From positions 2,171 through 66,170 of the forward strand of contig JBBQXN010000006.1 in NCBI GenBank assembly GCA_038209585.1: a stretch of DNA of 64,000 nucleotides, read 5' to 3'. Numbering within the stretch: position 1 is the stretch's first letter; each line of letters starts with the position of its first letter. The notes beneath the pieces were generated by a model. That model saw nothing but the letters and a program-made list of their open reading frames with translations, was not told the DNA's origin and did not search any database. The position numbers and the translations under genes were made by a program. This DNA is from Burkholderiales bacterium (GTDB lineage: Bacteria > Pseudomonadota > Gammaproteobacteria > Burkholderiales > Burkholderiaceae_C). This document shows, piece by piece, positions 35,459 through 45,189 of the stretch.

Positions 35459-37750
35459 CTACCTGGACCGACCGCCGCCGCCGCCGCCGCGCGGGCCGCT
35501 GTTACCGCCGCTGCTACCGCCGCTGTTTCCGCCGCTGTTTCCGCCAGTGTTACCGCCACTGTTCCTGCCGCCCTTGCCGCCTCCAGAACCGCCCCGACCG
35601 CCCCGACCGCCACTGCCTTTGCGCAAGAAAGCGTCACCGCCAATGAATCCCACCGACGTCTGCATCGGATCCGGCTCGCGGGGGGCACCGCTGGTTTTCT
35701 TGGCTGGGCCAACTCTAGCCTTCTGACGACCAGGCACAGGTGGCCCACTGCGCGGACCGCGCTTGGCGCCAGGCTTGCCGTTGCCGGGCTTGCCACCGCC
35801 CAGGCTGTTGCCGCCCCGTCCGCCACCGCCGCTCTTGGCTACGCCGCCCTGGTTGCCAGAGAAGCGTTTGTCGTAGGTCTGCTGGAGCGGATTGGGGATG
35901 GGCCCATCAGTGTCGTCTTCAGAAACTTCGCGCTGTGGCATGCGGTCGCGCATCAGTGCGCGCTTGTCGTAAGTCTGCTGCAGCGGGTTGGGAATCGGCG
36001 CGTCTTCCGACAATTCGCGGCGTTGCGCCCGCTCTTGCTGAATCGCCCGCTTGTCGAAAGTTTGCTGCAACGGGCTGGGAATGGGCCCGTTCTCACCGGC
36101 ATCGGCGCGCGGACTGCGGTCAGGGCGCGGGCCGCGATCAGCGCGGTCGCTGCGTCCGGAGCGTTGCCGCTTGGAAGTCAGGCTCGACAATGAGGTCTGC
36201 AGCGGGTCGGGTATCGCGCCACGCGGCATGTCGTCATCAAATTCCCGGTTGACTGTGGCCGCGGCCGGACCCGCGTCACCTTCGGCCCGCCCACCACGAC
36301 CGCCACGCCGATTGCGCGCGCCACGGCCGCTGCGGCCATCCTCACTGGCGACATCCGCTTCTCGCGGCGCCCGCTCTGGGCGAGGGCCGGGGGTGGCCAG
36401 ACCACGCAGCGTGCGCAGATCGCTTTCGTCCAGGTCGACCCAAACCCCGCGCTTCAGCCCGCGCGGCAGCACCACCGAGCCATAGCGGATGCGGATCAGG
36501 CGGCTGACCGCATGACCCACCGTCTCGAAAAGCTTGCGCACTTCGCGGTTGCGGCCTTCAGTGATGACGCAGCGGTACCAGTGATTGACACCTTCGCCAC
36601 CGCCGTCTTCGATGCTCTTGAATGCGCAGGCCTGGCCGTCGATGTCTACGCCTGCCAGCAGCCTGGCCTTGGCCTCGTTGTCCAGCGTGCCCAGCGAACG
36701 AACGGCGTACTCGCGCTCGATGCCGAAGCGCGGGTGCATCAGCTGGTTGGCAAGTTCGCCGGAATTGGTGAACAGCAACAAACCTTCGGTATTGATGTCC
36801 AGCCGCCCCACCGACTGCCACTTGCCCTGCTGCAAACGCGGCAAGCGCCTGAAAACCGTGGGCCGCTGCTGCGGGTCGTCGTGCGTTACTACTTCACCTG
36901 CAGGCTTGTGATAGGCCAGAACCCGCGCAGGCGGCGGCGCGATGCGCACACGCACGGGCTTGCCATCGATGGCAATACGGTCGCCGTAACTGATGCGCTG
37001 GCCGATATGCGCGACCTCGCCGTTGACGCTGACGCGCCCTTCGTTGATCTTGGTTTCCAGATCACGGCGCGAGCCTGCGCCCGACTGGGCCAGCACTTTG
37101 TGCAGCTTGGGCGCGTCTGGCTCGGCAGCCAGCACGCGCTTGGGTGCAGCTTGCAAGGCCTGTTCTGATTCTGGTCCTGAGCCGTCGCTCTCGACGGCCA
37201 GCTCTGGCTCAAGCGCAACGTCGAAGCGGCCGTCCAGCAGTTCTGCAAATACCTCACCCGCTTGTGGAATCACGGCCACGGGCAAGGCCGCGGCTTCGGC
37301 GGTTTCGCTGACAACAGTGGCATCGCCTTCATGGACGCCGCCGTCGCCCCCGCGCTTGTCTGCACCGCGGCGGCCACGCCTGCGGTTGCGATTGCGCCGG
37401 GCACTGCGGCTGGGCGCTGCTTCGGCTTCCGCCGCTGGGGTACCGGAGCTTTCGCCTGAGCTCTGGCCATCGCTATCGCCATCGCCATCGCTATCGCCAT
37501 CGCCATCGCCATCGCTTGAACCCTGTTCAGCGCTGGCCGACGCAGGCTCATCTCTCCGGGGCGGCGCTTGCTCAGCCACCAACTCGGGCGCGACTGAAGC
37601 TGGCACGGTTACGTCTGCCACGGATGTCGCAGCGGCTGCAGGCTTGCGCGGCGCACGCTTGCGTTTGGGCGCTGCTGGCGCGTCATCGCCTGCAGGCGGC
37701 TTCTCGGCTGCGGGTTCGGGTGGCAAGGGGTCGGCGTCGTGAACGTTCAT
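35459..37750 (-). CDS. rluB: RluB-like pseudouridine synthase with long disordered N- and C-terminal extensions
   Basis: S4 domain [44 protein letters not shown]; start overlaps the scpB stop. Confidence 0.92.
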   Translation of the reverse strand: MNVHDADPLPPEPAAEKPPAGDDAPAAPKRKRAPRKPAAAATSVADVTVPASVAPELVAEQAPPRRDEPASASAEQGSSDGDGDGDSDGDGDSDGQSSGESSGTPAAEAEAAPSRSARRNRNRRRGRRGADKRGGDGGVHEGDATVVSETAEAAALPVAVIPQAGEVFAELLDGRFDVALEPELAVESDGSGPESEQALQAAPKRVLAAEPDAPKLHKVLAQSGAGSRRDLETKINEGRVSVNGEVAHIGQRISYGDRIAIDGKPVRVRIAPPPARVLAYHKPAGEVVTHDDPQQRPTVFRRLPRLQQGKWQSVGRLDINTEGLLLFTNSGELANQLMHPRFGIEREYAVRSLGTLDNEAKARLLAGVDIDGQACAFKSIEDGGGEGVNHWYRCVITEGRNREVRKLFETVGHAVSRLIRIRYGSVVLPRGLKRGVWVDLDESDLRTLRGLATPGPRPERAPREADVASEDGRSGRGARNRRGGRGGRAEGDAGPAAATVNREFDDDMPRGAIPDPLQTSLSSLTSKRQRSGRSDRADRGPRPDRSPRADAGENGPIPSPLQQTFDKRAIQQERAQRRELSEDAPIPNPLQQTYDKRALMRDRMPQREVSEDDTDGPIPNPLQQTYDKRFSGNQGGVAKSGGGGRGGNSLGGGKPGNGKPGAKRGPRSGPPVPGRQKARVGPAKKTSGAPREPDPMQTSVGFIGGDAFLRKGSGGRGGRGGSGGGKGGRNSGGNTGGNSGGNSGGSSGGNSGPRGGGGGGRSR
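35864..36088 (-). repeat. Three coding repeats of PIP(S/N)PLQQT(F/Y)DKR
   Basis: Copies are spaced 87 and 96 nt apart. Confidence 0.95.
37467..37515. repeat. 6-bp tandem repeat (CCATCG/CTATCG, about 8 units) encoding [16 protein letters not shown]
   Basis: Read directly from the sequence. Confidence 0.9.
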
Positions 37751-38439
37751 GCTGTGCGGTCTGTGGGAAGTTCGGGGGGGCGTTGTGGAAGCGTTTCGAG
37801 TGATGCTTCGCAGAACGCCCGGGAAGGCTGGGTCTCTTCGTCCTGCAGCAACGTGGGCTGCGGACCTTCCAACAGCGGGTTGGCTGCCTGCAGTGCATCC
37901 AGTGCCAGCAACGCGGCCTGGCCGTCGGCGGCACTGTCGATGGCGGGCAACTGGTCCAGGCTGGCCAGGCTCAGATCGTCCAGAAATTGGCGCGTGGTGG
38001 CGTACAGCGCAGGCCTGCCGGGTGCTTCACGGTAGCCGATGGCGTCGATCCAGCCCCGGTCTTCAAGCTGCTTGACGATCTGGCTGCTGACGCTGACGCC
38101 GCGAATGTCTTCGATGTCACCGCGGGTCACGGGTTGGCGATAAGCCACGATGGCCAGCGTTTCCATCGCCGCGCGGGAATAACGCGGCGGTTTTTCAGGA
38201 TGCAGACGATCCAGGTACGGGCGCATTTCGGGCCGGCTCTGGAAGCGCCAGCCCGAGGCCAGTGCCACCAACTCCACACCGCGGTCCTGCCAGTCCTGGC
38301 GCAGGTCATCTAGCAACTGGCGTAGCGTGTCAGCACCGATCTCGTCTTCAAACAACGCACGCATCTCTGCCAACGGCAGCGGTGCCGGGGCACAGATGAG
38401 GGCGGTCTCCAAGACTCGCTTGGCCTGCGATGTATTCAT
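37747..38439 (-). CDS. scpB: SMC-Scp complex subunit ScpB
   Basis: [37 protein letters not shown]. Confidence 0.96.
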   Translation of the reverse strand: MNTSQAKRVLETALICAPAPLPLAEMRALFEDEIGADTLRQLLDDLRQDWQDRGVELVALASGWRFQSRPEMRPYLDRLHPEKPPRYSRAAMETLAIVAYRQPVTRGDIEDIRGVSVSSQIVKQLEDRGWIDAIGYREAPGRPALYATTRQFLDDLSLASLDQLPAIDSAADGQAALLALDALQAANPLLEGPQPTLLQDEETQPSRAFCEASLETLPQRPPELPTDRTA

Positions 38440-38600
38440 GGCCTGGTTTTCAGGGTCTGCCGGCAGCTAGCGCGACAGCGGGGGCAGTAGTGAGCATGAG
38501 GCGTGCGCTGACAAGAGTCAGGGCGCGGGGAGCTCGTCGGGGCTCGGCACCAGGCGCGGCAGGATGTGCCGTCTGCGCTGTGTTGGGCGAGTGTAGCGGT

Positions 38601-39554
38601 TTAACCCCGCATGCTGTTGGACGTGATCAGCGCCCAGGCGGCAGCGAAGTCTCCGGGCGGCGGGCAGTCCAGGCGCATTGGCTCGCGCGTGATCGGATGA
38701 GCCAGCCCGAGCTCGGTCGCGTGCAAGGCCTGTCGCACCATGCCCAGCGCAGGCCGGCCGCCGTACACACTGTCTGCCACCAATGGCAAACCGCGCCAAG
38801 CCAGGTGCACGCGGATCTGGTGCGTACGCCCAGTGTGCAGCCGGCACGACAGCGCGCAGAAATCTTCGCTACGCGCCATCACCTTGAAGTCGGTTCGCGC
38901 CGGCTTGCCACCTGCCACCACGGCCATGCGTACCCGCACCTGCGGGTCACGGCCGATGGGCGCGTCGATGCTGAAACTGTCCGCATCCGGTCGGCCAGGG
39001 GCCACGTGCGCCAAAGCCAGGTAGCGCCGCTTCACTTCTCGCGCGGCGATATCGCGCACCAGGGCGGTGACAGCAGGCAGGGTCTTGCCGACCATCATCA
39101 GGCCGGAGGTGTCCTTGTCCAGCCTGTGCACGATGCCCGCACGCGGCAAGGTCGCTGCGCCTGCATGGCGCGCCAGCAAGCCGTTGAGCAGCGTGCCCGA
39201 CCAGTTGCCAGGCGCTGGGTGCACCACCAGGCCAGCGGGCTTGTCCAGCACCAACAGGTGGTCGTCTTCGAAAATCACCACCAGGGCCATGGGCTGCGGG
39301 CGAAACGCCAGGCTTTCCTCGGTGGGCACCAGTTCCAGCTGCACCTGCTGACCCAGCCGCGCCCGTCGTGACGCGCTGCCGGCAACCTGGCCGTCGAGCC
39401 TGACATGGCCTTGCGCCAGCAGGTTTTGCAGGTGGCTGCGCGAGAACTCAGGCGCCATCACCACCAGCACCTTGTCCAGCCGCTCGCCATGCAACGCGGC
39501 ATCAACGGCGCAAAAGCGCACCTCGTTTCCGGCTTCCTCACTGCGCTCGTCCAC
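38601..39554 (-). CDS. rluD: RluD/RluA-family pseudouridine synthase
   Basis: GERLDKVL, KPAGLVVHP, VHRLDKDTSG, TGRTHQIRVH; divergent from bamD; start approximate (GTG). Confidence 0.92.
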   Translation of the reverse strand: MDERSEEAGNEVRFCAVDAALHGERLDKVLVVMAPEFSRSHLQNLLAQGHVRLDGQVAGSASRRARLGQQVQLELVPTEESLAFRPQPMALVVIFEDDHLLVLDKPAGLVVHPAPGNWSGTLLNGLLARHAGAATLPRAGIVHRLDKDTSGLMMVGKTLPAVTALVRDIAAREVKRRYLALAHVAPGRPDADSFSIDAPIGRDPQVRVRMAVVAGGKPARTDFKVMARSEDFCALSCRLHTGRTHQIRVHLAWRGLPLVADSVYGGRPALGMVRQALHATELGLAHPITREPMRLDCPPPGDFAAAWALITSNSMRG

Positions 39555-39642
39555 GCTCTCGGGCAGGACTTCGTCAGGCGCCGCTGGGGTTCCCCTATAA
39601 ACTGCCGGGCTTGACTTCGAGGCCCTGGTGCCGGTGGATGTA

Positions 39643-40467
39643 ATGAGCGGATTCCTTTGGCGGCGCCTGGCGCTCGCAGCTTCGGTGGGTGCCTTGGTGG
39701 TTCTGGGCGGCTGCAGCACGCCTGCCAAGGTGGAAAGCCCGAATGCTACTGCGGAGCGCCTGTACCGCGAGGCCAAGGAGGACGCCGCCGCCGGCACCTT
39801 CGAGCGTGCCATCAAGTTGCTGGAGCGCGTTGAAGGCCTGGCCGCAGGCAGCCTGCTGGCGCAGCAGGCGCAGCTGGAGATGGCTTATCTGCAGTGGCGC
39901 ACGGGGGAACGGGAAGCCGCGCTCACCGCCATCGACCGCTTCATCAAGCTCAACCCTTCGAGCCCCGCCTTCGACTACGCGCTGTACCTGCGCGGCGTGA
40001 TCAATTTCAACGATAACCTGGGCTTTCTGGCCAGCCTGGCCGGGCAGGACCTGTCTGAACGCGATCAGCGCGCTTCACGAGATGCCTACCAGTCGTTCAA
40101 ACGCCTGACAGACCAGTTTCCTGAATCGATCTACGCACCTGACGCGCGCTTGCGCATGGACTACATCGCCAATACGTTGGCCGCGTACGAAGTACACGTT
40201 TCACGCTACTACCTGCGGCGTGGCGCGTACGTGGCTGCAGCCAACCGCGCACAACAGATGGTGGGCGAATTTCCGCAGTCACCTTCCACTGAAGAAGCGC
40301 TGGCCATCATGATCGAAAGCTACCAGCGCCTGGAACTGCCGCAACTGCGCGAAGCTGCAGAGCGTGTGCTCCAGCTGAACTTTCCCAACAGCCCCTACCT
40401 GGCCGGCAACACGGCTGCAGCGCGGGCTAACGCGCAAAGCTGGTGGCAGCGGCTGAAGTTCTGGTAG
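39643..40467 (+). CDS. bamD: BamD lipoprotein
   Basis: Lipobox LGGC, TPRs, YALYLRG, AYVAAANRA. Confidence 0.95.
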   Translation: MSGFLWRRLALAASVGALVVLGGCSTPAKVESPNATAERLYREAKEDAAAGTFERAIKLLERVEGLAAGSLLAQQAQLEMAYLQWRTGEREAALTAIDRFIKLNPSSPAFDYALYLRGVINFNDNLGFLASLAGQDLSERDQRASRDAYQSFKRLTDQFPESIYAPDARLRMDYIANTLAAYEVHVSRYYLRRGAYVAAANRAQQMVGEFPQSPSTEEALAIMIESYQRLELPQLREAAERVLQLNFPNSPYLAGNTAAARANAQSWWQRLKFW

Positions 40468-40477
40468 GCCAGCGCTT

Positions 40478-42451
40478 TCAATGATGTGAAGCCGCCAGGT
40501 CGGCCAACCAGGCCATCGCTTCAGCTTCATCAGCCACCCAGCCCATGGGCGGCAACGCGGCACGCAAGCGCCGCCCGTAGCCCATCTGCCGCATGCGCGG
40601 ATCGCACACCACGAGCAGGCCACGATCGGTTTCGGTGCGGATCAGACGACCTGCGCCTTGCTTCAATGACACAGCGGCTTCGGCGAGGAAATAGTCGTCG
40701 AAGGGTTCCCTGCCCTGCGCCTTGATCTGCCGCACCCGCGCCTGCACCAGCGGGTCGCCAGGCGGCGGGAACGGCAGCTTGTCGATGACCACGCACTGCA
40801 GCGCGTCTCCCGGCACATCGATGCCTTCCCAAAAGCTGGCTGAGCCTATGAGCACGGCCCCGCGGCCGTCGCCAAAGCGCTGCAGCAGGCTGCGCCGCGG
40901 CTCGCTGCCTTGCACCAGCAAGGTCAGTGGCCGACCGTCGCGCGCGGCCTGTTCACGCAAGGCTTCGGCCACCAGAGGCAGTACGCGCAACGTGGTGGTG
41001 AGCACGAAAGTGCGCCCACCCAAGGCCCGTGCGCAGCGAGCCGCGAGTTGCCCCACGGCGCGCGGGTGAGCCGCGTCCATGGGCTTGGGCGCGTCTTGCG
41101 GCACCCACAGCCGGGCATGGGCGGCGTAGTCGAAGGGGCTGCCCACGCGCAGCTTGGCTGCATCCTCCAGACCCGTCGTGGCGGTGAACCAGGACAACTC
41201 TTCGTCGTCGCCCAGCGTGGCCGACGTGAAGATCCAGGCCTTGGGCGACAGCTGCCGCTGTTCGCTGAGCATTTCGCGAATGTCCAGCGGCGACTGCACC
41301 AGGCGTACCTGCTGCGGCGACAGGTCAATCCAACGCACCTGCCCGGGGGGCGTTTCCTCGGCAAATCCGGGCGCCAGGCGTGACAGATCCAGAGCCCGTT
41401 GCTGCAGTTTGGGGAAATCGGGTGCGACTTCGCTGACGCCGGAGATTGCTTCGGCCGCCGCACGAGCGGCATCCGTCAAGGCTTGCAGCGGTTCGAGCAA
41501 GGCTTCGCCTTCAGCACGCTCTTCCCAGCGCAGCTTGACGATGCCGCGTACTTCGCGCATTTCGCCGGCGCAGACCAGCCGTAATTCGCGCGCTGCCTGT
41601 TCCAGCCCCGCCGCCAGGTCGTGCCAGGGCTTGAGCCCGCGGGCATGCTGCAGGCCCAATGCCAGCAGGTCGCGCGACAGCTCGATGACCTGCCCCGTGG
41701 ACAAGGTGGAGCCCAGAAACTGCACGCCGGCTTCAACCAGCTGATGTGCTTCGTCGAACACGGCTGCGTCCACGGTGGGCAGCAGCTCGGCCACGCCGCT
41801 GTCGCGCAGCGCCATGTCGGCGAAGAACAGGTGGTGGTTGACGACCACCAGATCGGCGGCCATGGCCTCGCGACGCGCCTGCATCACATGGCAGGCGCGG
41901 TGCTCCGGGCATTCGGTGCCCAGACAGTTGTCGCGCGTGCTGGTGACCAGTGGAATGACGGGCGAGCGGTCGTCCAGACCGTCGATCTCGGCCAGGTCGC
42001 CCGTACGCGTGCCGGGCGCCCAGGCCGCCACGCGCGCCAAGGCGCGCTGTGCGAAGCGGTCGCCGCTGGGCAGGTCGACCTGCGCCTGGGTCAGCCTCCA
42101 ACGGCACAGGTAGCTGGCACGGCCCTTCAGCAAGGCCATGCGTACGGGCACGCCCAGGGCTTCGCGCAGGCGAGGCAAGTCGCGCAGGAACAACTGGTCC
42201 TGGAGACTCTTGGTGGCCGTGCTGACCAGCGCGCGCTGGCCAGACAAAAGCAGCGGCACCAGATAGGCGAACGTCTTGCCCACGCCCGTGCCCGCTTCAA
42301 CTACCAGCGCTTCGCGCCCTGCCAGCGCCTGTGCGATGCGCGCTGCCATTTCGTCTTGCGCGGCGCGCGGCATGAAGCCGCGGTCGCTGCGTGCAAGCGG
42401 GCCGACGGGGGAAAACGCCTGGGCAACGGCTTGCGCCAGCGAGCGGCTCAC
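40478..42451 (-). CDS. DinG/YoaA-family Fe-S DNA helicase
   Basis: EAGTGVGKT, KGRASYLC, C..C...C, DEAH, FWEGIDVPG, QGAGRLIR. Confidence 0.93.
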   Translation of the reverse strand: MSRSLAQAVAQAFSPVGPLARSDRGFMPRAAQDEMAARIAQALAGREALVVEAGTGVGKTFAYLVPLLLSGQRALVSTATKSLQDQLFLRDLPRLREALGVPVRMALLKGRASYLCRWRLTQAQVDLPSGDRFAQRALARVAAWAPGTRTGDLAEIDGLDDRSPVIPLVTSTRDNCLGTECPEHRACHVMQARREAMAADLVVVNHHLFFADMALRDSGVAELLPTVDAAVFDEAHQLVEAGVQFLGSTLSTGQVIELSRDLLALGLQHARGLKPWHDLAAGLEQAARELRLVCAGEMREVRGIVKLRWEERAEGEALLEPLQALTDAARAAAEAISGVSEVAPDFPKLQQRALDLSRLAPGFAEETPPGQVRWIDLSPQQVRLVQSPLDIREMLSEQRQLSPKAWIFTSATLGDDEELSWFTATTGLEDAAKLRVGSPFDYAAHARLWVPQDAPKPMDAAHPRAVGQLAARCARALGGRTFVLTTTLRVLPLVAEALREQAARDGRPLTLLVQGSEPRRSLLQRFGDGRGAVLIGSASFWEGIDVPGDALQCVVIDKLPFPPPGDPLVQARVRQIKAQGREPFDDYFLAEAAVSLKQGAGRLIRTETDRGLLVVCDPRMRQMGYGRRLRAALPPMGWVADEAEAMAWLADLAASHH

Positions 42452-42684
42452 GCGGGCTCGGGCGGCTGCAAGGCCACTTCCAACTGTGCGATCTGATCGC
42501 GCAGCAGCAAACGGCGCTTTTTCAGGCGGCGCAAGCTCAAATCATCGGGTTGGGGGGAAGGCAGACCAACGGGCAGGCCAGCCGGCAAGCTCGGATTGAA
42601 GCGGTCGATCACGTCATCCAGGTCGGCGTGCTCCATGCGCAATTCGATCAGCCGGCGCTGCGGGGAATGCAGGTTGTCGTCCAT
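42448..42684 (-). CDS. DUF465/YdcH family small protein
   Basis: ELRMEHADLDDVI...LRRLKKRRLLLRDQI. Confidence 0.88.
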   Translation of the reverse strand: MDDNLHSPQRRLIELRMEHADLDDVIDRFNPSLPAGLPVGLPSPQPDDLSLRRLKKRRLLLRDQIAQLEVALQPPEPA

Positions 42685-42728
42685 TGCTGCACGGTTGCGG
42701 AAGAGGTCGCGAGTTTATATTCACCGCC

Positions 42729-43496
42729 ATGGTCAACGCTGCGCAAACCTACCGCCTCAGTGCATCCACCGGTCTGCATCGCGGCGACCGCGCCTACCAG
42801 CAGGACCAAGTGGAGATCATCGTCCACCCCAAGGCCAGTGGTGCTCTGCTAGGGGTCTTGGCAGACGGCATGGGCGGCAAGAGCGGCGGCCGCAAAGCTG
42901 CCGATCAGGTTTTGCTGACAGCGCGTCAGATTTTCGAGGGCTTCGTACCCAACGAGGACGACGCTGCCGAGATGCTGCGGCAGATGGTCCTGGAAGCGCA
43001 CCTGATGATCAAGCTCACGGCCATCACCGCAGAGGAAGAGCCGCACAGCACGGTGGCCGCCTTTGCCATCGGCCCGGGGCTGCAATGCGATGTGGCGCAC
43101 GCCGGCGATTCGCGTGTCTACCACTTCCGTGGCGCAGAAATGATGCAGCGCACCACCGACCATTCCTTCGTGCAGCGCCTCATCGACGAAGGCAAGCTCA
43201 CCGAAGAAGCTGCCAACTCGCACCCGCAAAGCAATCTTCTGACCGGCTGCCTGGGCACCCAGGCCGAACCGCCGGTGGCGCTGTGGCACATCGACAAGCT
43301 CGCCTTCGGCGACAGCCTGCTGGCCTGCAGCGATGGTCTATGGCACTACTTTGCACCCAAGGAAATCGGCGCCATCCTGCACGCATTGCCGCCACGCGAG
43401 GCGAGCGAAATGCTGATCAGCAAGGCCCGCCAGCGCGCCCGTGGGGGTGGTGACAATTTGTCGTTGGCGCTGGCGCGGGTCGACCCGCTGCGCTGA
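42729..43496 (+). CDS. PP2C-family Ser/Thr protein phosphatase
   Basis: LADGMGG, AHAGDSRVY, TDHS, ACSDGLW, GDNLS. Confidence 0.93.
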   Translation: MVNAAQTYRLSASTGLHRGDRAYQQDQVEIIVHPKASGALLGVLADGMGGKSGGRKAADQVLLTARQIFEGFVPNEDDAAEMLRQMVLEAHLMIKLTAITAEEEPHSTVAAFAIGPGLQCDVAHAGDSRVYHFRGAEMMQRTTDHSFVQRLIDEGKLTEEAANSHPQSNLLTGCLGTQAEPPVALWHIDKLAFGDSLLACSDGLWHYFAPKEIGAILHALPPREASEMLISKARQRARGGGDNLSLALARVDPLR

Positions 43497-43505
43497 TTCA
43501 GCCTT

Positions 43506-44105
43506 TCAAGGCGGCGGCAGGCCCGCTGGCGCCTTCTGCCGGGCTTGGCGTTCAGCCAGCCGCTTGGCCACCTGTTTTTGCCGTTCTGTCACCTGTGCTT
43601 GCCGTTCCTGCGCTTGGCTGGCGCGCGCTGCTGCGGCGTCAGCGCGGCTGGCCGCTTTGGCAGACGAGGCGGGTTTGGCTGTCTCAGGAGGCTGCGGCCC
43701 AGGCCCTGGCAACAAGCGCTGGCGCTGGCCTGAACGTGGCGCGCTGGCTGCGCTGACTGAATCTTCGGCTGGAGCAGAAGCCTGTCGCTGAACCCGAACT
43801 GCATTCTTGACAGCCAGCACGCCTTGCCGTTCTGCGGCGCGGCGCAGGCGCTCGGCAGCGTCGATCTGCAGCAAGCGCTCGGTCAATGGCGCCAGAGAGA
43901 CGCGTCGTTGTCGCTGCACCTCTTCTACACAATCGGTGACGAAGAAGCGGCTGCTGCAGGCTTGCAGTTGAACGTCGAAGCGCACTTTCATTTCCCGCTG
44001 CTGCTGCAGCAGCATCTGCTGTTCACTGTCAGCCGCCATGGCCTGCACAACGGCCAGACTGGCGAGCAGCAGGGCACCCAGCCTAAGTAAGCGACGTGTC
44101 GACAT
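43506..44105 (-). CDS. Exported coiled-coil hypothetical protein
   Basis: Signal peptide MSTRRLLRLGALLLASLAVVQAMA; Cys pair CSSRFFVTDC; A/Q/R-rich helices; overlaps the zapE end. Confidence 0.7.
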   Translation of the reverse strand: MSTRRLLRLGALLLASLAVVQAMAADSEQQMLLQQQREMKVRFDVQLQACSSRFFVTDCVEEVQRQRRVSLAPLTERLLQIDAAERLRRAAERQGVLAVKNAVRVQRQASAPAEDSVSAASAPRSGQRQRLLPGPGPQPPETAKPASSAKAASRADAAAARASQAQERQAQVTERQKQVAKRLAERQARQKAPAGLPPP

Positions 44106-45189
44106 CGCGTCGGGCCAGGACCAGGAATTCTGCAGACTGCATTTCGTGCAGGCGCGACACCGTGCGCGGAAACTCATGCGCCAGCGGTCCTTCGGTATAC
44201 AACTGATCAGGCGGTACGGCGGCGGAAAGAACCAGGTTCACGCGCCGGTCGTACAGCACATCGACCAGCCAGGTGAAGCGCCGCGCCTCGCTGGCCAGGC
44301 GGGGTGGCATCTGCGGCACATTGCTGAGCAGCACGGTGTGAAAACGCGCGGCGATTTCCAGGTAATCGTTCTGCGAGCGCGGACCGCCGCAAAGGGTACG
44401 GAAGTCGAACCACACCACGCCACCGGCTCGCCGCACGGCACGCAGGCTGCGGTGTTCGATCTGCATCACTGCGTCTTCATCGCGCGCTTCGGCCAGGCGC
44501 TCGAAGTCGGCTTCCATCTCTGCTTCAGCCGCTGCGCCCAGCGGGCAGTGGTACATCGTCATCAATTGCAGGGTCTGCTGCCGGTAGTCGGTGCCGGCAT
44601 CGACATTGACCACCTGCAAGCGCGCATTCAGCAGCGCGATGGCCGGAAGAATACGGTCGCGATGCAGCCCGTTCGGGTACAGCGCGTCGGGGTGGAAGTT
44701 GCTGGTGGCGACGATGCTCACGCGGTTGTCGAACAAGGCTTGCAGCAAGCGGTGCAGGATCATCGCATCGGTGACGTCGGCAACATGAAATTCGTCGAAG
44801 CAGATGAGGCGAAAGCGCCTTGAAATGCGCCGCCCCAGTTCGTCCAGCGGATCGACCGTGCCTTTCAGGTCCTGCAGCTCACGGTGCACTTCACGCATGA
44901 ATTCGTGGAAGTGCAAACGCGTCTTGCGCTGCAGAGGCACGGCCTGGAAGAAGCAGTCCATGAGGAAGCTCTTGCCACGACCGACGCCGCCGTACATGTA
45001 GACGCCACGCGGTATGCGCGGGCGGCGCAGCAGCTTGGTCAGCGGGTTGCTGCGTCTGGCCTTGTAGTCGGCCCATTCAGCTTCGCAGCGCTCCAGCGCG
45101 TCTACAGCGTGCAGCTGTGCAGCGTCGGTGTGAAAGCCGCGTTCGGCCAGCTGCGACAGATACAGGGCGCGGACACCCACGGCTTTCAA
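44083..45189 (-). CDS. zapE: Cell division ATPase ZapE (AFG1 family)
   Basis: YMYGGVGRGKS, HFHEFM, CFDEF, RTVSRLHEM. Confidence 0.95.
   Translation of the reverse strand: MKAVGVRALYLSQLAERGFHTDAAQLHAVDALERCEAEWADYKARRSNPLTKLLRRPRIPRGVYMYGGVGRGKSFLMDCFFQAVPLQRKTRLHFHEFMREVHRELQDLKGTVDPLDELGRRISRRFRLICFDEFHVADVTDAMILHRLLQALFDNRVSIVATSNFHPDALYPNGLHRDRILPAIALLNARLQVVNVDAGTDYRQQTLQLMTMYHCPLGAAAEAEMEADFERLAEARDEDAVMQIEHRSLRAVRRAGGVVWFDFRTLCGGPRSQNDYLEIAARFHTVLLSNVPQMPPRLASEARRFTWLVDVLYDRRVNLVLSAAVPPDQLYTEGPLAHEFPRTVSRLHEMQSAEFLVLARRDVDTSLT

Noticed and set aside
35864-36088. Regularly spaced ~39-bp repeats as a possible CRISPR array
   Set aside because: They are in-frame coding repeats with synonymous variation, and there are no cas genes.
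39555-39815. N-terminal ORF-track extensions of rluD (likewise bamA, dxr, sucB, sucA, ndk, rodZ)
   Set aside because: They overlap neighbouring genes or regulatory RNA, and family homology begins at downstream starts.
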